The notes under the pieces were generated by a model. That model searched no databases. It was not told where the DNA came from and saw only the letters and a list, made by a program, of their open reading frames with translations. Positions 30,312 to 39,613 of a stretch of DNA of 64,000 nucleotides are shown piece after piece (position 1 is the first letter of the stretch; each line of letters opens with the position of its first letter). The DNA comes from Lachnospiraceae bacterium (GTDB lineage: Bacteria; Bacillota; Clostridia; Lachnospirales; Lachnospiraceae): assembly GCA_016284175.1 (NCBI GenBank), contig JAEEOJ010000039.1:63041-127040 (forward strand), given 5' to 3'. The translations under genes and the position numbers were made by a program.

Positions 30312-30635
30312 CTACTTAATTACGAATCCGTAGCTTGTGATAAGATTTCTGAATTCCTTTGAATCTCCGAAACCTCTTTCAATCATCTGCTGTCTCGTAA
30401 TAGTTCCGTCATTTAACTGCTGTACCCAGTTCCAGTAGTTAGGCTCATCAGGCGTTCCTACAGGATTTCTGTCAAAGAATGCTGCATAGCAGTCTAATAC
30501 GAATTCTGCATTATTTCTGTCCCTGTTCTTGTACTCCTGAGAGTTAAGGAAGCCCTTGGATATAACTGTTCTTATATCGTATTCTCTGCCCTGATCGTCT
30601 TTTCCGTTTAAGATGCAACCCTTCCAGTATTCTTT
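30312..30635 (-). repeat. Terminal DUF4214 module repeat (copy 4, inverted)
   Basis: Reverse complement matches copies 1-3 and encodes the same identical 56-aa block. Confidence 0.88.
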
Positions 30636-32309
30636 TCCGTTGGCATCAGAAGTTCTGACAAGTGCTCTGTCATAAAGTCTCTCTACAAAAGCATCAAGCT
30701 GTGCCGGATCAACATTTGTTGTATCAACATTAAGAGGCGACAGTGTGCTTGCGGGCTGGGAATTAGCCGGAACGTTAAGTTCACCGGGTGTAATTCCGTA
30801 GTTGGAACAAAGAGTCCTAAATTCTCCGGAGTTTACAAATCCTGCAACTACCTGATCTCGGCTAGTTCCACTGTTTAACTTTGATAACCAGCCGTTATAT
30901 CCGTCTGCATCGGGTTCTCTGTTAAAGAATGCCTTATACATTGTAGTTAAGAAATCGGCATTGTTTAAATCCCTGTTCGTAAATTCTTTACTTTTTACAA
31001 ATCCGTATGCTACATCTCCGCCTGTCTTGGAACCGTCAATAAGAGCATTAGTCCAGGTGGCGATTCCGGCTTTGTCTTTATTTATAGCAGCCTGATCTCT
31101 TCCGAGTACTTCTTTATAGAATCTTCTTACAAATGCCTCAATCTGCGCCTTCTGTTCGTCTGTTAAAGGTTTATCAACGGGCTGGTTTTTGTAATCGTTT
31201 ATATCAAAGAAATCAACTGTGTAATTTACTGTAAACGGCTTATCTCCGACATCTTCTTTATAAGCGATGTTACCGTACCATACCCAGTCTTTTACGGCTG
31301 TGGTTCCTGATATTGATACTTTGTATGAGTAGTCTTTGTCGGTTGTGGTACCGTTCTGAGGTCTGAAAATAATACAACCGGGCTGTCCGTAATAATCATT
31401 ATTGATATTAATATATCCGACATCGTTAGTTTTGTTGCAGTCCGGAGTTCCTGTGAAAGTCCAGGTCTTACCGGTGTTTTCGCAGGTTAATGTGACGGTT
31501 GCCGATTTAACGGACTCGCCCATGGAAACGCTCCAGGCATCGCTTGCATCAAAATATCCGACAGGAGTGTTCTGACCGGGCCAAGCAACAACTTTAATTG
31601 AATTGGCAGCGGTATTTGAATCATCCATAGCGTACATGGAAGAATGAATTGAATAACCGTTTTTGGCAAGACCGATTCCGGTCTTACCCATAGGCGGATT
31701 AAGAATCCATCTCCTGTGTCCGACTTTGTCGATATTACATTCGTCCGAATCTCCCATCCATCCGGTGGTCATAAAATAACCGATATTAAAATAATTTCCG
31801 GCGTCCCAGCTGGTCCATCCGTAAGCGATGTTTGAATGGCTTGCACCTTCGTAGCCTTTCTTAAACATTGCATCATCCATTCCTGCAGGCTGTGAAGGAT
31901 AGTGTGTCATAACATTGTTTGCGGCATTTACCACAGATGCAGCCTGAGCAAGTTCGTTGTATTCGCTGCTTAATGTTACATTTGCAGGAAGACCTGCAAT
32001 ATAACGGAAAGTATTAAGTAAAGCAAGGGAATCATTTAATGTGGAATCAGATACTTTTCCGAGAGAATAAGGAGCAGTAATGCCCGGGATAGAATCAAAT
32101 GAATTAATATATGCATTGTTTGCGGGATGCTCAATTATATAATGAGCGATTTCGGATTTGGTATGATACTCAACACCAAGATCCTTGCTTCCCGAATTAC
32201 CGTTTTTCGCTTCGGCAGTTGCGGGAAGAGAGAAAATCATCATCGCCACAAGTACAGCGCATAGTGAAAGACTTAAGATTCTTTCGTAAACCCTTTTACC
32301 TGTTTTCAT
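30312..32309 (-). CDS. Secreted CAP/SCP domain protein with two DUF4214 modules (gene E)
   Basis: ATG at 32309 follows GGAGG (the ORF track starts at 32360). Motifs LNTFRYIAGLP, MTHYP, SNIAYG, WMGDSD...VGHRRWILNP and KTGIG, then the DUF4214 tandem. Confidence 0.87.
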   Translation of the reverse strand: MKTGKRVYERILSLSLCAVLVAMMIFSLPATAEAKNGNSGSKDLGVEYHTKSEIAHYIIEHPANNAYINSFDSIPGITAPYSLGKVSDSTLNDSLALLNTFRYIAGLPANVTLSSEYNELAQAASVVNAANNVMTHYPSQPAGMDDAMFKKGYEGASHSNIAYGWTSWDAGNYFNIGYFMTTGWMGDSDECNIDKVGHRRWILNPPMGKTGIGLAKNGYSIHSSMYAMDDSNTAANSIKVVAWPGQNTPVGYFDASDAWSVSMGESVKSATVTLTCENTGKTWTFTGTPDCNKTNDVGYININNDYYGQPGCIIFRPQNGTTTDKDYSYKVSISGTTAVKDWVWYGNIAYKEDVGDKPFTVNYTVDFFDINDYKNQPVDKPLTDEQKAQIEAFVRRFYKEVLGRDQAAINKDKAGIATWTNALIDGSKTGGDVAYGFVKSKEFTNRDLNNADFLTTMYKAFFNREPDADGYNGWLSKLNSGTSRDQVVAGFVNSGEFRTLCSNYGITPGELNVPANSQPASTLSPLNVDTTNVDPAQLDAFVERLYDRALVRTSDANGKEYWKGCILNGKDDQGREYDIRTVISKGFLNSQEYKNRDRNNAEFVLDCYAAFFDRNPVGTPDEPNYWNWVQQLNDGTITRQQMIERGFGDSKEFRNLITSYGFVIK

Positions 32310-32361
32310 GTAAAATCCTCCATTACAGTTTTTTGAAAAGATATTTTTAACCCTTAACAAT

Positions 32362-32390
32362 AAAGTACCATATTATGTGGTTATAAACAA
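32362..32390 (-). promoter_or_regulatory. sigmaA promoter for gene E
   Basis: Minus strand TTGTTT-17 bp-TACTTT with TG extension. Confidence 0.55.
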
Positions 32391-32532
32391 TTCGTTGTTG
32401 TGTTTCAAAATGTAAATCTTTTGGCCGATTTTTCTGTATTTTTCCTAAAAGAAGTAAGCATTGCTCATTGACTGCAGAAGTCAATAATTTTGATATTTTT
32501 TTGACAAATTTTTATTTAAGGCACTAAATATA

Positions 32533-32561
32533 TTGCTTTTAAGGACAAGAAATGGTAAAAT
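32533..32561 (+). promoter_or_regulatory. sigmaA promoter for gene F (divergent from E)
   Basis: TTGCTT-17 bp-TAAAAT with TG extension. Confidence 0.65.
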
Positions 32562-32626
32562 AATACCAAATTTTGTGTTTATCACTTTGTAAAAATATAT
32601 ACAAATCTTGAAAGGATGGTGTAAAA

Positions 32627-34579
32627 GTGAAGATAAGAAGCAATACTTACATCAAAAAAACTATTTATTTACTTGTTGCATTTCTCGTTTTTGCCGTTGT
32701 GTCGTTCGGATTTAAAATGAACGCCAATGCAGAAAAGCTTATTGAAATCAACGCTAAGAATTTCCCTGATTATTATTTTCGTACTTATGTAATGACGAAT
32801 CTGGATACCACTTTTTCAGGTGGAAAAACCTATGTAACTCAGAGTACTCTTGATTCCGTAACAGAATTAATTCTTGACGGAAAAGGCGGAGTTGAATTTT
32901 CAAATCTTTCGGGACTTAATCACTTTAGAAATCTCGAAAAACTTTCATGTGTTCAGAATCCCGGTCTGACCGCCATTGATGTTACTCAGAATGTCAAGTT
33001 AAAAGAACTTCATTGTTACAACACAGGTATTAAAAATCTGAACCTCAGATATAATACCAATCTCGAAGTGCTGGAATGTCAGAACTGTAAACTTACCGCT
33101 CTTGATGTGACAAAGAATACAAAGTTAAAACAGCTTGACTGCAGAAATAACGCTATCACAGCATTAAATGTAATCTGTAATCCCGAACTGACATCTTTAC
33201 GTTGTCATATGAACAGATTAACAACACTTAATACTGACAATAACACCAAACTTGAATATCTTTCATGTTACAACAACGATCTTACTTCTCTTAACTTTAA
33301 GAATAATACAAAGCTTGTTCAGGTTTACTGCGGAGACAATTCCATTACCACAATTAATTATCTTGGCAACTGCACCAAACTCGAACTTCTGGATTGTTCA
33401 AACAACAAGTTAAGCACACTTGATGTAAATAACCTTACCAAACTCCTTTCATTAAACTGCCGAAACAATAACTTAACATATCTGTCTGTAAGAAACAGTA
33501 AGAATCTTGCTGAGTTGATTTGCAACGGCAATCAAATTGAAAATGTTGTTATTAATGAATCAGGTGTACTTCATGATTTACGTAAATCTGCTACACGTCA
33601 GACAAATGAGTACAACAAAACAATTACTTATCAGAGCAAGAACGGTGACAAAATAATTGTGACAGACTTAACAACCAATACTCAGGAACTCGGTGCAACA
33701 ATCACTGTAGTAGAGATGGATGAAGCAGCTATCAGAGCTTTGGTTACAAGACTGTATTACACAATGTTAAAGAGAGATCCCGAAGCAGGCGCTGTTGATA
33801 CATGGACCAACAGAGTTCTGAATAAGGAAGTTAACGGTGTTGAACTCGGTAAGAGATTTGCACTTAGCGAAGAGATAACCAAATCAAGACCTGTCAGTGA
33901 TAAAGAATTTGTTACAAGACTGTATAAAACATTCTTAGACAGAGAAGGAAGCGAGAAAGAGATTAACGGATGGGTTGAAACGCTTAACAATGGAAAGACC
34001 AGAGAGTATGTGCTTGCCGGCTTTGTTAATTCTCAGGAGTTTGACAAATTCTGTAAAGAATGCGGAATCTCAAGAGGAACCATGACTGTACAGAATCCTG
34101 ATAAGCCTAAGAACAACAACAATACAAATGCCGATCCCAACGCATTAAAGCCTCTTAAAGTTGATACTTCCAATGTAGATGATGCACAGCTTACAGCATT
34201 TGTTCAAAGACTTTACAAGAAAGCACTTGGAAGAAAAGGCGAGCCTGCAGGTGTCAGCTACTGGAAGGGCTGTATCTTATACGGCAAGGATACATCAGGC
34301 AGAGAGTATGATATCAGAACCGTAGTCAGCAAAGGTTTCTTCTTATCAAAGGAATATGCTAACAAGAATACAAATAATGCGCAGTTCGTAGCAGACTGCT
34401 ATGCAGCTTTCTTTAACAGAGATCCCAGAGGAACAGAAGACGAAGTTAACTATAAGAACTGGGTTAAACAGTTAGACGAAGGCAAGATAACCAGACAGCA
34501 GATGATTGAGCATGGATTTGGTGATTCGCCTGAGTTCAGAAACCTTATCACAAGCTACGGATTTAAAATTCTTAACTAA
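32627..34579 (+). CDS. Secreted LRR protein with two DUF4214 modules (gene F)
   Basis: GTG start after AAAGGA. Signal peptide ANA/E, NFPDYYFR cap, about 10 LxCxNNxLTxLDVxxN repeats, then the DUF4214 tandem. Confidence 0.87.
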   Translation: MKIRSNTYIKKTIYLLVAFLVFAVVSFGFKMNANAEKLIEINAKNFPDYYFRTYVMTNLDTTFSGGKTYVTQSTLDSVTELILDGKGGVEFSNLSGLNHFRNLEKLSCVQNPGLTAIDVTQNVKLKELHCYNTGIKNLNLRYNTNLEVLECQNCKLTALDVTKNTKLKQLDCRNNAITALNVICNPELTSLRCHMNRLTTLNTDNNTKLEYLSCYNNDLTSLNFKNNTKLVQVYCGDNSITTINYLGNCTKLELLDCSNNKLSTLDVNNLTKLLSLNCRNNNLTYLSVRNSKNLAELICNGNQIENVVINESGVLHDLRKSATRQTNEYNKTITYQSKNGDKIIVTDLTTNTQELGATITVVEMDEAAIRALVTRLYYTMLKRDPEAGAVDTWTNRVLNKEVNGVELGKRFALSEEITKSRPVSDKEFVTRLYKTFLDREGSEKEINGWVETLNNGKTREYVLAGFVNSQEFDKFCKECGISRGTMTVQNPDKPKNNNNTNADPNALKPLKVDTSNVDDAQLTAFVQRLYKKALGRKGEPAGVSYWKGCILYGKDTSGREYDIRTVVSKGFFLSKEYANKNTNNAQFVADCYAAFFNRDPRGTEDEVNYKNWVKQLDEGKITRQQMIEHGFGDSPEFRNLITSYGFKILN

Positions 34580-34607
34580 GCAATTTGACATTTAAAGCAT
34601 AAAACAT

Positions 34608-34646
34608 AAGCCCCCTTGGTTATAATAGACAAAGGGGACTTTTTTT
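34608..34646 (+). terminator. Intrinsic terminator of gene F
   Basis: AAGCCCCCTTG...CAAAGGGGACTT followed by a T run. Confidence 0.7.
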
Positions 34647-34693
34647 GTCCATCTAAAATGCCGTGAATTGCCGAAAAATAAGGTATTTTCGGC

Positions 34694-34722
34694 TTGTTTT
34701 AAAAATGCCGTATTGGTAAAAT
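34694..34722 (+). promoter_or_regulatory. sigmaA promoter for the 1544-aa surface protein
   Basis: TTGTTT-17 bp-TAAAAT with TG extension. Confidence 0.65.
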
Positions 34723-34731
34723 TTTAGTATC

Positions 34732-34807
34732 TGATTAAATAATTTTTTTAATTGGATGATTAAATAATTTTTTTTAATTGGATGAGTAAATGATTTTTGT
34801 GATTGGA
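34732..34807 (+). repeat. Three tandem 25-26 bp repeats in the 5' leader
   Basis: TGATTAAATAA(T7)AATTGGA, TGATTAAATAA(T8)AATTGGA and TGAGTAAATGATTTTTGTGATTGGA. Confidence 0.85.
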
Positions 34808-34815
34808 GGGAAATT

Positions 34816-37800
34816 ATGAGAAAGGTAAAGCGGTATTTTAGCGGAATTATTGCAATGCTTTTACTGGTTGCAAGTATTCCCATGAATGTTTTTGGCGCGA
34901 CTACGTTTGCCATTACCACACAGCCCGTATCACAGGTTGTATTGGATGGGAAAACAGTTGGTTTTTCTGTTGTGGCAACCGGTGCTACATCGTATCAGTG
35001 GCAGTATAACAAAGGCTCAGGATGGAAAAACGCAACAAATGCGGATGTTTGGATAGGAAACAATACAAGAAAACTGAAATTCACGGCGGATGAAAAGTAT
35101 GAGAATTTCCAGTTTAGATGTATGGTTAGTGGTGCTGATAATAAAAAGATTTACAGTGATGTTGTAACCTTTTCTATCTTATCAATTACATCGCAGCCCA
35201 CTTCGCTGACTATAGCTGAAGGGAAAACGGTTACATTTTCTGTGGAAGCAGCTAATGCTACGGCATATCAGTGGCAGTACAATAAAGGCGATGGCTGGAA
35301 AAATGCAACAAATGCAGATGTATGGAAAGGTAACAACACCAATACTTTAAGTTTTAAAGCAACTAAAAAGTATAATAATTTCCAGTTCAGATGTTTGGTA
35401 AGCAATGGAAGTACAAAGTTAGCCAGTGATGTTGTAAAATTTTCCAATCTGGCAATTACTGAACAACCCTCATCACAGGCAGTAGTGCAAGGGGAAGATG
35501 TTGTATTTTCGGTAAATGCTCCTGGTGCAATATCATACCAGTGGCAGTACAACAAAGGTGAAGGCTGGAAAAATGCAACAAATGCGACGGTATGGAAAAA
35601 TAACAAGACTGATACATTAACATTTATTGCTGACGAAAAATATGAAGGTTTTAATTTCAGATGTGTTATAAAGGATAGCCTTGGAAATTCTGTAGCATCT
35701 GAAGCAGCTCCTTTTGAAATATTTAGATATACAGTTACCTATGATGCGGGGGAAGGATTATTTGATAATGATTCTCGTTTTATGACAAACAAGGAGAATC
35801 CCGGATGGGTAGAATTTGGTCCTTTTTATCCTAATGGCGAAAAGGCAGTACCTGTATGGCAGGATCATGTACTCAAGGGATGGAAATATAACGGACGTCT
35901 TGTGAGAGGCCTTAATGTTTCTTCCGATATTACTCTTGAAGCAGAATGGGCAGACGAATGTATCATCAGATATAACCTTGCAGGCGGTCACTTATCCGAT
36001 GAAACTGCATCATTTGCAGCTGAAATGGGATATACAATGGAGGGTGATATCTTAAAAGAAACAGTTGCCCCCGGAACATATTTTATTCCCGGATGGATTG
36101 AACCCCAGAAGACAGGCTATATTTTTAAAGGCTGGAAATATCAGAGCGCATATATGAGAAGCGCAACGGTTAACAGCACACACAGAACTATAGAACTCAT
36201 GGCTGATTGGGAAGAGGCTGCACTGGTAACATATGATGCCAATGGCGGTTACTGGTTCTTTAATGAAGAAGAAGGCCCGTTTGAAACCTATAGTTTTTAT
36301 CAGCCTAAGGGTACATATTATCTTAACTGGCACACTCCTCAAAGAGAAAAATATTATTTCTATGGATGGGTTGATGTAAACGGAAAAAATAAGGTAAAAG
36401 TTAATCTTACACAGGATGCTACATTCAAAGCATTATGGTATCCTGCATACAATGTAGTTTATCACGGAAACGGTGGTCAGTTTGATGCAGAAGAATACCA
36501 TGGCGATTGGGATTACTGGCCCGGAGATATGTGCCGTTATGACAACAAGAATTATGAATGTATTTCCGAAGTTCACAGGAATGATCCGTGGGATCCTGAA
36601 AAATGGGAAGAAATAGAATTAATTGAAGATATGGTCCGCGAAGAAAGGGGCGGAAACTATCACGTAGGAAGTGTACAAAATCCTTACAGAGAAGGATATC
36701 ATTTCGTGGGATGGAGCGGTATCCCTACTGCACCGAGAGGTGAATGGGGATGGGAGATTCCTCTTCAGGCAGATATGGAATTCTATGCTATATGGGTTAA
36801 AGAAGATATTAAAGTAACCCTGGATGCCAATGGTGGATTGATTCCTCAAAGGAATGATGAAACAAATGAAGATGAGTATTTCGAAACTGTTATTCGTGAT
36901 TATGACCCTTGGAATGGAGTGGAAACCCTCTGGGCTGAAAGAGGTGAAGGAGAAGAATACAACCTTCTTGGATGGAGTAAAGATAAAAATGCGACTGAAC
37001 CTCAGTACGGAATCCATGATTGGGTATATGTTGAGGATACTTGTACATTATATGCCGTTTGGGAAAAGAGAGCAGTTATAGTATTTGACGGTAATGGTGG
37101 TACATGGACCTGGAAAGAAAAGGACGAAGCTACCGGCGCAGAAATAGAATGTTCTTCTGAAACCCGCACAGAGTACAGGGAGGACGGACAATTCTATTAT
37201 GTCAGAACATGGAATCCTGAACTTGAAGGCTACAGATTCGACGGCTGGCTTGATAAAGACGGAAATCCTGTTGATGACAGTGAGTATATAGTTCTTGATA
37301 AAGATGAGGAATATTTCTTTACAGCAATTTGGATTAAAACAATTGTTGTAACTTATGATTCTAACGATGGCGACTGGGGTGAAGATGAGAATCATGAACT
37401 TGTTACTGAAAAATACTGGGAAGGAGATTCAGGTGAAGTTCATATTGGAATGGAATGGCCTCACAGAGACGATTACGCATTTGTGGGTTGGAGCCTTGAT
37501 CCTGATGCAGATCCTGCAACGGATGAAATTGAAACAGATTTTGATGTTGAACTCGACGAAGACGCGACTTACTATGCAATATGGTGTGCTTCTTTTGAAG
37601 TAACATATGATGCTAACGGTGTTGTGTTCTGGTATGACGGTGATAATCCTATAACAGAAGAAGTGGATCATAATATTAATTATGGTGAATTTGAACTTAG
37701 GGATAGGTATTATGTAGAAGGATATGAATTCCTTGGATGGGATGAAGATCCTAACGCTACAGAACCGACATACGGACCGAGAGAACGTATATTTATTAAA

Positions 37801-39450
37801 GGTGAGACAACATTCTATGCTATATGGCATAAATATCCTACTATAACATATTCTGCCGCAGGCGGTTTGTGGACATGGGAAGAATGGCGAGAAGGCGAAA
37901 ACGAACAACCCGGAGAATATGTTCAGTGCTCGACAGAAGTAAAAACTGATTGGAGAAATGACGGCGAATACTATTATGTTGGCATGGATCAACCTCATCG
38001 TGAAGGATATGAATTTGCAGGATGGGTTGACGATGAAGGTAATAACGTCGACAATATGTTAATCACCATGGATCAGGATTACGAATTTTATGCCTCCTGG
38101 AGCAAATGGCTTAATATAAGATACTATGCTAACGGTGGACAGTTCTTTGAATGGGATCAGGAAAACCAGGAAAATCATCCTATAGGAAAGGTAATGGACA
38201 GAGGAGCCAAAACAGGCGAAGAGTATTATCTTGACGGATGGATGCCTGAAAGACCCGGTTACAGATGTATCGGATGGGCTTATGAAGAAGATCCTGAAGA
38301 ACAGGTTATTCTCGAAAATCCTATATTCTTTGATGTCAACGATTTTGAAACCGAAAACGAAGTGGATGAATTTGATGTAGTATTTTATGCCGTTTGGAAA
38401 AAAGTAGTTGATGTTACTTATGACTTTAACGGTGGAAAATGTCATGGTCAGGATTATGAAACAATGTTTGATATCTGCGAACCCGATCCGTACTGGGTTG
38501 GTTGGGATTGGCCTTACCGAGAAGGATATGAGTTCCTTGGCTGGAGTGATGATCCTGATGCAGAAGATGCAGAACCTAATTACACCTGTGTATTATCTGA
38601 AGTGGCCACATATCAGGATAATGGTGAAGAAAATGCCACAGTAACCTTCTATGCAATCTGGGATCAGAAGGTAGTTGTTACCTTTGATGCCGGAGAAGGC
38701 GAATTCGATAACGGAGAACAAATTATTAATCAGTACTTCAGAATCGGTGATATTCTTGACTGGGATCGTGATTTTGGTACAGAAGAACCTATAAACCTTT
38801 GGCCTACCCGTGAAGGTTACAGATTTGTCGGCTGGACATTCAACGGCGAAGATTTCAAATTAATCCGAATTGATGAAGACATTACCGTTGTAGCTAAATG
38901 GGTTGAAGTAAAAACCGTAACTCTTGATGCAAACGGCGGAACTGTATGGGATGAAGACGGAAATCCCGGCGAAGTAATTCATATTACAAATAATGTTGAC
39001 TGTACGTTACCTGCATGCGATTTTGAACCCTTCAAAGAAGGATCTGAATTCCTTGGCTGGTATGATTCAAACGATAAACTGGTAAACTATATCACATTTG
39101 AAGATTCTTATACCTTAACCGCAAGATGGTCAGGCGAAGGAGAAGAAATTCCGGATCGTCCTCCTCATAACTGGGGTGTAACCGAGTGTGAAATTCATGT
39201 AAATGGCAATACTGAGGGAGTAACGATTAATACGGGAGATAATTTTATAATTAGTAATTCTATTACCGGTAATGCCAGCACAGTTATATGGTACATAAGT
39301 TCCGATCAGAATAACTGGACTCAGGTCGGAGATGATTTTTACAACCTTGAACAACTTTTAGATGTTCCGGGAACTTACTACTATAAAATGACTGCTGACG
39401 GAGTGGAATCAAATATTCTTATTGTTACTATAAAAGCGAGAGAATATTAA
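34816..39450 (+). CDS. Large secreted adhesin-like protein: 3 Ig-like repeats, about 13 InlB-B (Listeria-Bacteroides) repeats and a C-terminal Ig-like domain
   Basis: Signal peptide VFG/A. Three copies of ITxQP...YQWQYNKGxGWKNATNA...FRC, then 13 copies of V(T)YDANGG...P.REGY.F.GW...T.YA.W. Confidence 0.87.
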   Translation: MRKVKRYFSGIIAMLLLVASIPMNVFGATTFAITTQPVSQVVLDGKTVGFSVVATGATSYQWQYNKGSGWKNATNADVWIGNNTRKLKFTADEKYENFQFRCMVSGADNKKIYSDVVTFSILSITSQPTSLTIAEGKTVTFSVEAANATAYQWQYNKGDGWKNATNADVWKGNNTNTLSFKATKKYNNFQFRCLVSNGSTKLASDVVKFSNLAITEQPSSQAVVQGEDVVFSVNAPGAISYQWQYNKGEGWKNATNATVWKNNKTDTLTFIADEKYEGFNFRCVIKDSLGNSVASEAAPFEIFRYTVTYDAGEGLFDNDSRFMTNKENPGWVEFGPFYPNGEKAVPVWQDHVLKGWKYNGRLVRGLNVSSDITLEAEWADECIIRYNLAGGHLSDETASFAAEMGYTMEGDILKETVAPGTYFIPGWIEPQKTGYIFKGWKYQSAYMRSATVNSTHRTIELMADWEEAALVTYDANGGYWFFNEEEGPFETYSFYQPKGTYYLNWHTPQREKYYFYGWVDVNGKNKVKVNLTQDATFKALWYPAYNVVYHGNGGQFDAEEYHGDWDYWPGDMCRYDNKNYECISEVHRNDPWDPEKWEEIELIEDMVREERGGNYHVGSVQNPYREGYHFVGWSGIPTAPRGEWGWEIPLQADMEFYAIWVKEDIKVTLDANGGLIPQRNDETNEDEYFETVIRDYDPWNGVETLWAERGEGEEYNLLGWSKDKNATEPQYGIHDWVYVEDTCTLYAVWEKRAVIVFDGNGGTWTWKEKDEATGAEIECSSETRTEYREDGQFYYVRTWNPELEGYRFDGWLDKDGNPVDDSEYIVLDKDEEYFFTAIWIKTIVVTYDSNDGDWGEDENHELVTEKYWEGDSGEVHIGMEWPHRDDYAFVGWSLDPDADPATDEIETDFDVELDEDATYYAIWCASFEVTYDANGVVFWYDGDNPITEEVDHNINYGEFELRDRYYVEGYEFLGWDEDPNATEPTYGPRERIFIKGETTFYAIWHKYPTITYSAAGGLWTWEEWREGENEQPGEYVQCSTEVKTDWRNDGEYYYVGMDQPHREGYEFAGWVDDEGNNVDNMLITMDQDYEFYASWSKWLNIRYYANGGQFFEWDQENQENHPIGKVMDRGAKTGEEYYLDGWMPERPGYRCIGWAYEEDPEEQVILENPIFFDVNDFETENEVDEFDVVFYAVWKKVVDVTYDFNGGKCHGQDYETMFDICEPDPYWVGWDWPYREGYEFLGWSDDPDAEDAEPNYTCVLSEVATYQDNGEENATVTFYAIWDQKVVVTFDAGEGEFDNGEQIINQYFRIGDILDWDRDFGTEEPINLWPTREGYRFVGWTFNGEDFKLIRIDEDITVVAKWVEVKTVTLDANGGTVWDEDGNPGEVIHITNNVDCTLPACDFEPFKEGSEFLGWYDSNDKLVNYITFEDSYTLTARWSGEGEEIPDRPPHNWGVTECEIHVNGNTEGVTINTGDNFIISNSITGNASTVIWYISSDQNNWTQVGDDFYNLEQLLDVPGTYYYKMTADGVESNILIVTIKAREY

Positions 39451-39485
39451 TAGGTTATTCAATCAATATTTGATTGAAAAGAAAC

Positions 39486-39522
39486 AAAACGGGGAGCAGA
39501 GAGAAATCTGCTCCCGTTTTTT
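39486..39522 (+). terminator. Intrinsic terminator
   Basis: AAAACGGGGAGCAGA-gagaaa-TCTGCTCCCGTTTTTT. Confidence 0.85.
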
Positions 39523-39542
39523 ATTTGGAAATTCATTTGTAA

Positions 39543-39571
39543 TGGATAAAGTCTTAAAAGAGGGTTATAAT
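39543..39571 (+). promoter_or_regulatory. sigmaA promoter for the GT2-flippase pair
   Basis: TGGATA-17 bp-TATAAT. Confidence 0.5.
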
Positions 39572-39613
39572 GGATAAGTCGGTCAATAAATACAGAAAAG
39601 GAATTATACATAC

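Noticed and set aside
34732-34807. CRISPR array
   Set aside because: The repeats are directly adjacent with no spacers, and no cas genes are present.
39458-39478. Palindrome TTCAATCAA-tat-TTGATTGAA; also the AT-only inverted repeat at 42651-42675
   Set aside because: They are AT-rich, lie downstream of stop codons and have no second copy, so no function can be assigned.
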